From: Octopus vulgaris
Taxonomy: Eukaryota
DNA length: 64,000 nucleotides
Assembly (NCBI GenBank): GCA_951406725.2
Contig: OX597820.1
Location: forward strand, 99,696,001 to 99,760,000
Direction of reading: 5' to 3'
In this document: one piece after another, positions 26,702 to 38,758 of the stretch
How positions within the stretch are numbered: position 1 is the first letter of the stretch
Layout of the letters: each line of letters starts with the position of its first letter
The notes under the pieces: model-generated
What the model was told of the DNA's origin: nothing
The model's database searches: none
The model's input: the letters and a program-made list of their open reading frames with translations, nothing else
Made by a program: the position numbers and the translations under genes

Positions 26702-27201
26702 TGGTGGCTGCCCCTCGTTATCGAGTATGGCCATTGCACGAAGCTTAATCAATGTTGTTATCGTGCAATGCCTGTGCAAGAAGATTTTTTTAAAGTGAGG
26801 AAAGGCAGTGCACTGAGTCAATCCCACTCACTAAGCAACAGCAGCCATAATCCGAAAAGAAGAATAAGTCAACATCATCGGTAACCACCGAGCCGCAGTT
26901 TTTTATATCGGAGTTATCCCAGTTACCTGAGTTACCTTCTCCTAGAAGGATGCCCTAACAAAAGCTAGGAGTCCTTCACTCCCAATGGTTTAATCGCGCG
27001 ATCGGGTATTCAGTCCGATTATTTCTATGTTCCCGCGCATAATACATCCTTAAAACATTTATTGAATGGCCGTTGACTCTCAAGAGTTCCTCCACCCTTT
27101 GACGGGTTTTGCTTTTCATCCCACAGGGTGTCCAATAAACACCCTCCTCACCAAGCAAGCTTGGTGGGGTTGCTGGTTTATTCGCCGACGACCCGACCAT
27201 G
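26702..27201 (-). mobile_element. About 500-bp bipartite RTE-derived non-autonomous retroelement
   Basis: Near-identical to 58178-58683; middle resembles the RTE 5' UTR at about 11360-11452; flanked by (ATAC)n. Confidence 0.8.
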
Positions 27202-27204
27202 CCT

Positions 27205-27335
27205 GCATACATACATACATACATACATACATACATACATACATACATACATACATACATACATACATACATACATACATACATACATACATACATACAT
27301 ACATACATACATACATACATACATACATACATACA

Positions 27336-27369
<34 letters not shown>

Positions 27370-27384
27370 CATACATACATACAT
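27205..27384. repeat. (ATAC)n microsatellite
   Basis: Direct read. Confidence 0.97.
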
Positions 27385-27385
27385 A

Positions 27386-27795
27386 TGTTTGGGACTGAGG
27401 GGCAAAGGTATGTACAATCATAGAGGTCAGCTGCCCTGAAAATATAAATATCTCTTTGAAAACCAAAGAAAAAGAGGATATCTATTCCAGCTTCTATATC
27501 CAGACTATGAATTAATATTCATACCGATAATAATTGGAGCACTAGGTTTTGTTAGTAAATGCTTAAAGGAGAATCTGGATAAGCTGGAATTTTCAGAAAG
27601 AGAAATTGACTGGCTGATTCGTACATTACAAGTGCAATCAGTGAGTGGAACAGAAAAATATGGAAGACTTTTCTCAAGTTCCAAATGTGGATTTGTCTAT
27701 GTTAACTACATTCCAAAGATGGAATCTTGTATCTTTGTTGAAAACCGGCTCACTCCTCAATGGAAGATTTATAATAATTAAAAAATAGAAGAGAC
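27386..27795 (+). mobile_element. RLE-type (R4/Dong-like) 3' fragment
   Basis: Homologous to 5214-5630 and 12241-12930 (LLYPDY..IPIIIGALG). Confidence 0.75.
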
Positions 27796-27816
27796 ATACA
27801 TGCATACATACATACA

Positions 27817-27851
<35 letters not shown>

Positions 27852-28079
27852 TTTTTTACTACCCACAAGGGGCTAAACACAGAGGGGACAAACAAGGACA
27901 GACAAAGGGATCAAGTCGATTACATCGACCCCAGTGCGTAACTGGTACTTAATTTATCGACCCCGAAAGGATGAAAGGCAAAGTCAACCTCGGCGGAATT
28001 TGAACTCAGAACGTAACGGCAGACGAAATACGGCTACGCATTTCGACCGGCGTGCTAACGTTTCTGCCAGCTCGCCGCC
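27852..28079 (-). mobile_element. SINE family A (young, tail 1)
   Basis: Clean reverse match to 1011-1243. Confidence 0.92.
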
Positions 28080-28404
28080 TTATTACATACATATATATAT
28101 TCTCAATTCTCTCATGGGATATGCACGTAGCATTGTCTATTTGATTTATAGTCAATTGCCTGTCATCCATCACCATGTGGTGAATCCAGTCCTTGAGTCA
28201 TCCCAGACTCCCCGTTCCTCTCTTAAATTCATCTGCCAATGTGGTGTTATCTCCCTTTCATTAGTCACCTACTATTACGGGAACTCTCTAATTTAAAAGA
28301 ACACATTCGGGTCCCTAATAGTAAGAGGCCATTACTGCGTATGCTTTGCTAATAAATGGACATATCTTCCCTCACGCTGAATTCTCTTTCTATTTATTAA
28401 CCAA

Positions 28405-28706
28405 CTAGCAGTATCGCCCGGCGTTGCTCGGGTTTGTAAGGGAAATAACTATATAAGCATTTTCAGAGAGTTACTTTCCTTATATAATAGCAAAAAAATG
28501 CATTAAAAATGGGAAAAAATGATGGTAAATTTTTTTAAAATCGTAGACTCAGCGTAGACGCGTGCTAATACCCAGAAGGGCTCGATATGAATCACGACTA
28601 TAAGATACCCGCTTTTGGTTAAACTGCACCGCAAAATGTGGGAGTAGTTAGGAATCTAAATCGTAGGAGACAGACACTCACACAACTTCACTTTTATATA
28701 TAAAGA
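28405..28706 (-). mobile_element. Complete non-autonomous Helitron
   Basis: Minus strand A|TC start, subterminal hairpin CCCG-AGCAACGC-CGGG, CTAG|T end, no TSD. Confidence 0.88.
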
Positions 28707-29411
28707 TATCGTCAGCCTTCATTATACCACAGCCAACATTTGCACTGTTGGAACGTCTTCTTATGTAGCAAGCATATCAGCATGAATATCTAAGGGGGTT
28801 AAACCCTTTTTCTGAAGGTACTTGATAATACCACGATGCCAAATTTTGTCTATTCTCAAGAAAAGTCGCTACAAGTTACATCTGAAGTCTTCTTTGAGCA
28901 GTCAGACGTTAGTTTAACTGGAAAGAAACAATGCAGTTATTAATAAAAATGGCTGAAATTAATACATGCAAGATTTCGCAGCTCAAACACCACTCTTTTA
29001 TAGTCAGCCTATGAACTTTTCAGTCCATCTTCATATGTAGAAATAGCCTAGTGAGAAATACGGATCCATCAATTTAATTTCATGAGCCCTAACCATGAAG
29101 TGATGTTAATGATATAATCTGGCATTTAAATCATTTTATTATCGATTAATGTCTTGAAAATTGATCGCAAAGATTACATTCGGATATCATGTACAGTGCT
29201 ATAATTTTTATTTAATGTGGTAATTTCACCGCTTCTATAACTGAATTCAGAATGTTATTTATTAAATTATAACTTGTTTACAAACTGTTTCTTCTCGTAG
29301 CCTTGCTATCAAGTCTATTTTATTTACTTGCAGCTTCAGTCTAGCAGATCTTCACCTGTTAATTTTCTTTCAAGTTAATTAGATCGTGTGTCAATATATT
29401 GTCGTATGTGA

Positions 29412-29627
29412 AGGCAGCGAGCTGGCAGAATCGTTAGCACAGCGGGCAAAATGCTTTGCAGCATTTCGTCCGTTTTTATGTTCTGAGTTCAAATTCTGCC
29501 GAGGTCGACTTTAGTTTTCATTCTTTCGGGATCGATAAAATAAGTACCAGTTGAATACTGGGGTCGAAGTAATCGACTTAACTCCTCACCTCAAAATTTC
29601 TAGCCTTGTGCCAAAATTTGAAATCAA
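29412..29627 (+). mobile_element. SINE family A (tail 2)
   Basis: Head, B box and core match. Confidence 0.9.
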
Positions 29628-29714
29628 TATATTGTCATGTGTATGCATGTGTGCGTGTGTGTACGTGTGTTTGTGTGTGTGTGGGTGTGTGTGTGTGCGT
29701 GTGTCCGATCAGAT

Positions 29715-30240
29715 GAGCAAACGTCGGCAAGACACAGAGTACAGCTCTCATTTGTGGGACGGTACTGCTACGCGCACTGGCATCCTGGGCTACAACCAGT
29801 GAAAGGTCAATTGGCTGATTGGTACTCCATCACTAACGGACACACTCCAGCATCTGGCCCACAGATGAGCTGTCCTATCTCTCTGTCTCTTCCATCACTA
29901 TTATCATGGCTTCAGCTCCTCCAGCGCTGGGCAGTCTCGTACCCAAAACCACTCATTCCTCCACTTCTCTTCATCCTTGGTGCGTCCGACTCTACTCTCT
30001 CAATACTATTTACCATGCCATATCCTTCTTTCCCTATTCATCGATCCCACTGGAATCTTCTTCCAGTTCATGCCTTTAATACAGGTGCTGATCTGCAACA
30101 GTTTAAACGGAACGTTAACAACATCGATGACATCTCATGCAGGCTCACTCCCTTCCTTCAAATTCATGTAGACACATCTGACAGCATGAAAACCTTTGAA
30201 GAAAACCATCAACCTTAACTACTAAATGCTAAATGTAAAT
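29715..30240 (+). mobile_element. CR1/Jockey-like LINE 3' fragment
   Basis: EYSSHLWDG and HWNLLP....LQQFKRNVN, typical of the region after RT; frameshifted. Confidence 0.7.
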
Positions 30241-30552
30241 ACTTTCATTGTTAGATACTTCATTCTATTTAATGATCTTTTACCTTTTACTTGTTCAGAC
30301 TTTAGACTGTGACCATGATGGGGCACCGATTTTAAAGGGGCTAGTCGAACAAATGGATCCCAGCACTATTTTTTTAAAAGCCTGGCACTTATTTTATCGT
30401 TGTCTTATTCCAAACCGTTAAGTTAGGGAGACGTACACAAACCAACTCTGGTTGTAAAGTGGTGGTGGAGACAAACATACGCACGCACACACACAGACAC
30501 ACACGTATCTATCAATCTATCTACACACATATATATATACATACATACGTAT

Positions 30553-30758
30553 GTGACCGCGTGTATACCGTTGGCGATTTTTTTCCTCCGTCTTCCCTTC
30601 TCTGGATCTTTCCTTTTCCTATGTTTCTGACGAAGAGCTCCGCTCGAAACGTAAAACCCTCCTTCTTCCCTTCTTTCCTGAGCGTCCAATAATACTATAT
30701 TTGTTCCACGTCCTCACGTTGTTGTGTTTTCTCTTTGTGTTTTCATGTTTGGATTAAC
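30553..30758 (+). mobile_element. About 205-bp hammerhead-containing element (retrozyme/pLTR-like)
   Basis: Near-identical reverse copy at 41059-41259; ends in (TA)n. Confidence 0.85.
30623..30657 (+). ncRNA. Minimal type-I hammerhead ribozyme with intact core
   Basis: gttt-CTGACGA-a-gagc(tcc)gctc-GAAAC-GTA-aaac: stem I gttt/aaac, 4-bp stem II, palindromic ACGT in place of stem III, GUA cleavage triplet. Confidence 0.85.
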
Positions 30759-31181
30759 TATATATATATATATATATGTATGAGGAGCTTTTTGCAGTTT
30801 CCATCTGCGAATTCCACTCACAAAAAGCTTTGGTCGGCACGGTGCTATAGTAGAAAACACTTGTCCAATTTACCGCGCTGTGGGATTGAACCTAAGACGC
30901 ATGGTTGGGAAGCAAGTTTCTTACAACGCAGCTATTTCAAAATAATGATAATTCATACTGTTCAACCAATCGATACCAGTACCGCGAATAGTGATGTGGT
31001 TTTTGTGTATTCTTTTAATTTCATTGTTCCTATAATTTGTGCATCTATAGAAATCTCTTGTTAAAAATTAAGATTTATATGTTTCCATACAGTCTGGTGT
31101 TGCAGATGTCTCTCCATCACTTAAATGATATATAATATTTGTATTCTCATTACATTTCTTATTTTGTTTTAAATACCTTTA

Positions 31182-31290
<109 letters not shown>

Positions 31291-31410
31291 GTGTGCATGT
31301 GTGTGTGCGTGTATGTATTTATGTATATTTATCTATTTCTGTATATATGTATCTGTATGTACTTGTATGTAATGTATGTATGTATGTGTGTATGTCTGTC
31401 TGTCTGTATG

Positions 31411-31450
<40 letters not shown>

Positions 31451-32269
31451 ATGATTTCAAGTTATTACGATATTACGATTGTGAAATGCTGTTAAAATAT
31501 TTTTTATCAAATTTGATGCCCCAAAAATGCACTTCACGGATTTTAGATACATTTACATACACATACATGAACATCTTTAAAATGGTTTCAGTTTTTAAAA
31601 AAATAATCTAGGGTTTCTATATCTGTATGTGTGTGTGACAATGCAGTATTGTTGTTAATTGTTAGGTTAGCTAGATCAATAGGCCATAAAACACTATAGA
31701 TTGCATACGTAAGTAAAAGATGTGGATATGAAGTAAAAGGAATGAAAATTAAAGGAGGAAATGGAATAGTTGGTCTCTAGGTAATGACAGATGCCGGTGT
31801 CTTGCGCAATTTAAACATATACGTGCAAAAATATGTGTGTGTGTACATACACACATGTACACACACAAAAGCAAACATACATATATGGATATTTACATAA
31901 ATACACACACACCGACACTATATGTGTGTGTGTGTGTATTTATCGTTACAAGATACGTATCACTGATGCTGTTGATGATGCTTCTGGATACTTAGAGGGC
32001 GGTTTCGGGATTTTCCAGATAAGACCCGTCGACTATTAGCTTACTCTACAAAATTGTACAAACACATACACACACACACATACACACACACGCGCACACA
32101 CACACATTTACACACGCTCTCACACACCGATGTATATATATATAGGTAAATACGATACATGAAATGAAATTCACTCCTGCCAACTATTCCCGGAAGAAGC
32201 TTTGGCTTTTTTCACTCCCCACAACAATAACATTGTGTTTTTTGGTAGATATATATATGTGTTTCTTGC

Positions 32270-32488
32270 TTGCCTGCTTCATGATCTTGCTTGATGGGGC
32301 TGGGTTCATCCCAACTGCAGTGGTCCCAGAGACGTCATCATGCGTAGAGCCGACCAAGGTCCCGAGTCAACCCCTCTGCATCCTTCCAAGTTGACGCCGA
32401 GCCTCTGGAGATCTTCCCCAATTACGTCTAGCTATCTGGTGCGGAGCCTGCCAGCGACGAGACCAGTCCGCAGCTGCTGCGTCGAATG
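32270..32488 (-). mobile_element. RTE-like LINE 3' fragment
   Basis: GRLRTR*LDVI resembles the RTE GRP..RW.D motif; (GCAA)n tail. Confidence 0.55.
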
Positions 32489-33209
32489 TACACATACACA
32501 CACCACCACACACATATATGTAGGTATGTGTGTGCATGTGCGTGTATATATTGGTTATAATGGATGTTGTAACGAATATTTGGGGGTTCATTTCAGCGTT
32601 AAGGTCGAAAGGCACTATTAAATTATACATTAAACTTCTAAAAGTTGAGACTAGTGTCAATTCTGTAAAATATTCACCGCCTCTATTTTTAAAGATATGG
32701 TCTTGTGTTCGATCAAAAGACCAAAAGTTGCTGAGTAATTATAAATGTAATTAGTTCAATTAATTTGTTCGTATGATGTTGGCTAGTTTACAAGCATTAT
32801 TATTGATCGACAAGTGTCTAATCTCGACAAATTAAGAAAGAGCTAGCGTTCTCGTGATATCAACTGGGGTGCAGAAATATGACAAGCAACATTAGTCAAA
32901 TATTCCTTCGTGTGTCATACGATACACTCACAGACTTTTTTCTCTATCTTACAGAATTTTATTGTTTTTAAGCATGACATTTTCAATTATGGTTTTGGAA
33001 GTACAAATTCACAAACTCCCCGAAGAACATACAGAATTGGAAAAGTTAAGCAGAGTAGCGTATCTTGATCTTCTGTAAATACAGACCGAGACTGAATATC
33101 TCAAAAGTTAACCCAGTTACTTTAAAGCTGGAACAGTAAACAACTACTGTAGAACATATTCACTTGGATCCTTTCCGGTCGAGTTACTCTAGTATCACTC
33201 CTTGCTTAA

Positions 33210-33557
33210 CCCTTTGCCTGTCTAAAGCATTTTCTTCCATTCCCAAACCGTCTTTTCCAGTTCATCTAAGATGATTTTTCAGTGTCCTTAGTTCATGCGA
33301 TAAATGATTCCTTAACTCTTTGCCTGCCCAAAGCCTTTTCATAAGTTTGCCCTAAATGTCCATGTTCGTTTTCATACTGTTAGTTAACCCTTGTTTCATA
33401 TGTTCTGAATAATGTAAAACTTTCCTTTCATAAATTTCTCTTTACTCCCGTGGTTGATAAAAAAAAAATTGGGAATGCATATCGAATATGATGCATAGAC
33501 ACCAGAGAAATATGTCCTATGTAACACATGTGATACATAAGATAGAACTGGCGAGGG
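33210..33557. mobile_element. Possible piggyBac-like MITE
   Basis: TTAA|CCCTTTGCC ... GGCGAGGG|TTAA, with internal repeats of the left end at about 33312 and 33385. Confidence 0.45.
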
Positions 33558-33879
33558 TTAATGTGTTATATTCGTTCAAATCTTCTCTAAAGACTCAACT
33601 ATATTTGAATTTAAATGACGTCTCAATATTTGTCGTGGTTTTATTGATTTTCAAATGTATTTGTTTTCTCACTAAATATTTTCTGAATTCAACAGGTTGT
33701 TAGCATAAATTATGATGGTAGTAACATGATCAAATTCTATATTCGAAGAATAAATTAGGTTTTCTTTCAGTAATTGTTGTTCTCACAATGGAAGAGGTTA
33801 CATGAATCCACAGAAGGTTCTAAATTATCTGCATTCATTATTGGTGCGGTGATTGAATTTGGTTGAATTATTTATCGTT

Positions 33880-34232
33880 TATTCTTTACTTATTTTGATG
33901 ATTGAACTACGGCCATACTTGGGCACCACCTTAACGTGTTTAGTCGAACAAATCGACCTAAGTATTTATTCTATCAATTCATTTTGCAGAACCGATCAGT
34001 TACCGGACGTACACAAACCAACATAGTTTCTTATGCGATGTTGTGGTGACAAACACAAACACATACATATATACTACGAGATTCTTTCAGTTTCCGTCTA
34101 CCAGATCCACTCACAATTCTTTGGTTAGGCCAGTGATATAGTAAAAGACACTTGCCTAAGGCACCACTAGTGGCACTGTACCTAGAATCATGCAGTTAGG
34201 GAGCACATTTCTTACCACAAAACTTCGCCCGC
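33880..34232 (-). mobile_element. SINE family B (old copy)
   Basis: Diverged reverse match. Confidence 0.8.
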
Positions 34233-34377
34233 ACTTATTTATATTGAATCATCAACTAATGCTTATCTATGTACGTAACAAATGGAAATAAACCATAAAA
34301 AGTCAAGAGTTCAAAATTATTGTACATTATTTTACAATGAATGTTCTAATAACATTTGAATATTGTTTCAATAACAT

Positions 34378-34588
34378 GGCGTCCATCTGGCAGAATCGTG
34401 AGCACGCCGGGCAACAATTTTAGTGGCATTTCATCCGTCTTTACGTTCTAAGTTCAAATTGCGCCGAGGTCGACTTTGCCGTTTATCCTTTCGGGATCGA
34501 TCAAATAAGTACCAGTAGAGCATTGGGTTCGATGTAATCGACTCACCTCCTCTGCGAAAAGCTGCCCTTGTGCAAAAATTTGAAACTA
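34378..34588 (+). mobile_element. SINE family A
   Basis: Head and core match. Confidence 0.85.
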
Positions 34589-35339
34589 ATGCTGTTTCAA
34601 TGACGTTATTCTTCACCCACTTTTAAACTAAATAAAATTATTTTCTTATTACCAATCTGTATTATAGGTTGTTGTTGATGTAGAATGGTGTTAAGGGTTC
34701 TGAAACTTGGTTCTAATTTCCAGTAGAAGCATCATCATGTAACTTCTGTAAACTCACACATTCCTGTCATGTACAGTCAACAAGATTGCATAGTGGCTTT
34801 AACCCATCTTTCAACATTTACTTATCTGACTAAATAGTACGACGGTGGGTACAGCCCATCCCTATAAAAGAGCAAGAATACTATATAATTGAACATAATC
34901 ACTTGGATTAGAGGAGTTAGTGGAGGTGTACAGTTACAATAGTGAGGTCAGCGTTAGTTTTATCCAGATGACAGCTTTCTTTTTAATATGCCTCAGTCTT
35001 AATTTCAGTCTACAGCTGGCGACTTTATAATCATCATACAAACTCATAATTCAAGTCTTACTGCGTTTCTGGAGAGGGAAACGGGAATATATTTCCCCGT
35101 ATTCTTGTATATATGTTTCATATACAACAATAATTTACTGCCAAAACATAATTTAATCACACTATTAGTATCGCAATGATTCTGTATGCCATTTACACAC
35201 GTACACGTATTCACATATACAAACACAAAGACAAATATACTGCCACAAATATACTATATAACCGTATCTTATCGTATATATAAATGTATGTATGTATGTA
35301 TGTATGTATGTATGTATGTATGTATGTATGTATGTATGT

Positions 35340-35382
35340 GCTAGTAAACCCAAGATTCCGAGTGCGATTCCAGGCAGTGACT

Positions 35383-35455
<73 letters not shown>

Positions 35456-35478
35456 TGATGATGATGATGATGATGATG

Positions 35479-35539
<61 letters not shown>

Positions 35540-35684
35540 CATCGAAAAATGCCTTAGGAATGAGAACCCTGGTTCGGAATTTCCTCAAGACACCTGATGA
35601 AGGATGGAGGGCATATCAGCCGAAACATTGTGTTAACAACAAACAATATGAGGGCAAATATTCATCAAATGTAAATAATGTACA
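35340..35684 (+). mobile_element. Second, 5'-truncated copy of the tRNA-headed hammerhead element with expanded internal (AAT/GAT)n
   Basis: Collinear with 23912-24146; hammerhead acac-CTGATGA...GAAAC-ATT-gtgt at 35590-35633. Confidence 0.85.
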
Positions 35685-35702
35685 CACACGCACACACACG
35701 CG

Positions 35703-35770
<68 letters not shown>

Positions 35771-36700
35771 CAGTACCGTGCGAAAGTTATCGGCCACTTT
35801 AAACTCTTGCAAATTTCTACTAATTGCCAACTTACACATTGGAGTTTTACAGATTAAAAATTGGACCTATTGGAGTTATTTCCATAACTAATCATTATAT
35901 TATGTAGTAGGGGTTCTGGATGAGAAGGGAAGATGCGAAACGACCACCAAAATGGCCGTGCAAAAGTTTTGGGCCACCTCACATAAACCAATCAAAATAC
36001 AGTGCTTTAAAACAGAAAGGTGTCTATAGTGAGAATTTATTACATAATGTTCATTTCAAGAAGTTACTGTACATTGCTAATATATTGTGTGGCTTCTCTT
36101 AGCTTGAATAATTTCTTCCATGTGTTTAAGAAGAGATGCGTACAAATCCTTCACCTTCTTCATATGTATAAGATGCCTTTCTCTGTGGCTGAGATCCCAC
36201 AACTCTTCGAGATTGCGTAGATTCTTCTAACAAACTCCTCTCTTAAGTTCTGTCCACATTTTCTTGATGATATTTAAGTCAGAGCCCTGAGGTGGCCAGT
36301 TTTTCAATATGGGAACAGCTTCATCAGCCAGACTCTGTTGTGTTGTGCGCGATCTGTGGCAAGGAGCTCCGTCATGCTGAAAGACCTCACCTTCATCCAA
36401 GTCTGGTATCAAATTGTCCTTCAGCAACTGGATGTATTTGACACTATTCAAGTTACCGTCAATTTTAACTAACTTTCTTGAGCTATCACTTTTTATGTAT
36501 CCCCAAAGCATCAGACACTGACTCCCAAACTTCGTCGTGTAACGTGCGTCGTTTCGCTTTCCTGGAGGCCATATGAGATATTCTAGTTTAGAAAGCGAAA
36601 TGACCCATGTTACATGACTAAAACACTGAAATTTGGGTGTAAGAGTCTGACGTTTTGAGGATACATAAAAAAGTGATGGTTCAAGAAAAGTGGTTACAAT
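35771..36700 (-). mobile_element. Tc1-like transposon 3' part (IR/DR-type end)
   Basis: TA|CAGTACCGTGCGAAAGTT end with an inner repeat at about 35955; FQHDGAPCH and WPPQGSDLNII. Confidence 0.88.
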
Positions 36701-36718
36701 TGACAGTAATTTGAATAG

Positions 36719-36789
36719 TGCCAAGCGGCTTCACTCTGTGTGTTTTAGCTCCGCTACTATGGCAACGGATACTTATTGATCAGATCACG
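36719..36789. mobile_element. Solo terminal fragment of the 13711-14525 mariner family
   Basis: GCCAAGCGGC...CGGATACTTATTGATCAGATCACG|TA matches 14450-14525. Confidence 0.75.
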
Positions 36790-36819
36790 TATATATATAT
36801 ATATATATTCATATATTAA

Positions 36820-37008
36820 GGTTACCATTCATTTCATGTTAAGAAAAATATTTTAGTATCTTAATTTTTCAAGCCGTCACATGGAAGAATGGTGTTTGTC
36901 TCCATTCCAAATATCAAAATAGAGACGGACACCATTCCTCCATTTGATCGGTTTGAAAAAATGTTAAGATATTAAGATGTTTTTCTTAACATGAAACCTA
37001 TGGTAGCC
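36820..37008. mobile_element. Palindromic MITE, TTAA-flanked with GG...CC termini (Kolobok-like)
   Basis: TTAA|GGTTACCAT ... ATGGTAGCC|TTAA; arms are complementary almost to the centre. Confidence 0.75.
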
Positions 37009-37080
37009 TTAATACACAAATATATAAATTTTATCAACCAATGAGATGTTGAGCACTCAATCTCGTCGTTCAATATTTAC

Positions 37081-37132
<52 letters not shown>

Positions 37133-37159
37133 GTATGTGTGTGTGCGTGTAAATACATA

Positions 37160-37325
37160 TTTTTTCTTTCTTTATTTTCTCTCCTTGTTTCTTTCTGTGC
37201 TCCTTTTTGTGGAAGAGCGTAGGCTCGAAACGTTTAAGACTTTTTCACTTCCCGAGCGTTAAACTAATACATCTGTTTGTTGTCTACACCACCTGTTTTC
37301 GTCTTTTTTTTTTGTGAATTCTCCC
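37160..37325 (+). mobile_element. Variant-hammerhead element (same family as 3600-3782)
   Basis: TTGTGGA-a-gagc-gtag-gctc-GAAAC-GTT; ends at TA/TATG repeats. Confidence 0.7.
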
Positions 37326-37350
37326 TATATGTATGTATGTGAATTCTCCG

Positions 37351-37382
<32 letters not shown>

Positions 37383-37437
37383 TGTATGTATGTATGTATG
37401 TATGTATGTATGTATGTATGCATACAACATATTTACT

Positions 37438-37711
37438 TTAAATGTGTCCGACGCCCGTTTCTGCTGCGTAGACATATCGCAAACCTAGAGTCATCGTAGA
37501 GTCAATATGATATCAGTTTGTACAATCATATCAGATTTCCAGATCTCCCTCTCACACTCTTTGCACTCGAAATACTCTTTCGGTTCAGACCAAGTTAATG
37601 GCAGGACCTTGAATAAAGTTGCATAGAGAAATAACCATATGAATGTAAATGGGTGTAAATGTAATTTGCGAAATGTCTTTGCAATAGAAACGTGCGTCGG
37701 AGATATTTTAA
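37438..37711. mobile_element. TIR-bounded MITE
   Basis: TCCGACGCCCGTTTCTGCTGCGTAGACATATCGCAAA versus the reverse complement of 37665-37701. Confidence 0.75.
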
Positions 37712-37785
37712 ACAAATAAGCTCTATAATTGACTATAGAAAAAAATATTGATATAATAATCTTCGCATTGAATGTAATTGTCTTG

Positions 37786-37896
<111 letters not shown>

Positions 37897-38020
37897 GTCT
37901 GTCTGTCTATCTGTCTATCTATTTATATGAATTTATATAAATAAGGATAAGATCATTATTTATATACCGATCATGTCAGGTGACCAGCATGGGAATAAAA
38001 TCCTGAAAGGCAATAATTAT

Positions 38021-38195
38021 TATTAAAATTATAATTAAGGGTATCTAAGGGATATCACCATGCTAGAAATAGCAACCAAAAAGTGACTCTGAAACCACAT
38101 TAAATGTTCATTAAATGTGGTTTTAGAGTTAAGTTTTTGGCTGCTATTTCTAGCATGGTGGTATCTCTTAGATACCTTTAATTATAATTTTAATA
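38021..38195. mobile_element. About 175-bp palindromic MITE
   Basis: TATTAAAATTATAATTAAGGGTATCTAAG ... CTTAGATACCTTTAATTATAATTTTAATA; arms pair almost to the centre. Confidence 0.8.
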
Positions 38196-38544
38196 TCTAT
38201 TTATATGTATATGCACGTGCGCACGCGTTTGTGTGTGTGTGTGTACGCGCGCGTTTACAGAGAAATATCCTTTGGGAAAATTGGGAATATAGTAACACTG
38301 GTGTAGAACATTTACTCATCTTAATAGACGTTGATTGCTGACTGACGCAATGTTGTGCTATGGGTGCTGCTTGAAGGAAAAGGGTCACTATGTTCTATCA
38401 TGTAAATCATCATGTTAATTAACATCATCTACTTGAAAGGTGAAATTATTCAAAGTTTAGAGCTCACCTTCTCAGTTCAGTATTGGAGCTGCGTCATTTT
38501 GAACGACTCTTGTAATTTTTGTTTCTAAACCTTAAATAACTCTG

Positions 38545-38758
38545 AGAGGGGATTTCTCCGTCCGGGTTGCGGATCCGTGGAATAAGCTGCCGGACGAGAT
38601 AGTGAAGATGCCGACGACCGCTCGGTTCAAAGTCTATCTTGACCAGAAATGGCCTGAACTCTTTGCATGAACACCACCCTGTACATAACTCCATGTCTCC
38701 CTACATGGCCTTGCTTTTTGCTTTTTGAGGCCAAAAATTAACTTAACTTAACTTAACT
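38545..38758 (+). mobile_element. CR1-like LINE 3' end
   Basis: FSVRVADPWNKLPDEIV....FKVYLD followed by a UTR and a (TTAAC)n tail. Confidence 0.8.

Larger units (their letters stand above)
30278..30932 (-). mobile_element. SINE family B interrupted by a hammerhead element
   Basis: Tail at 30278-30480 and head at about 30780-30932. Confidence 0.8.

Noticed and set aside
27085-27150. Twister-like ending (AAAACCCGTCAAAGGGTGGAGG on the minus strand)
   Set aside because: The conserved loop-4 sequence and pseudoknot pairings could not be fitted; kept only as a structured-leader finding.
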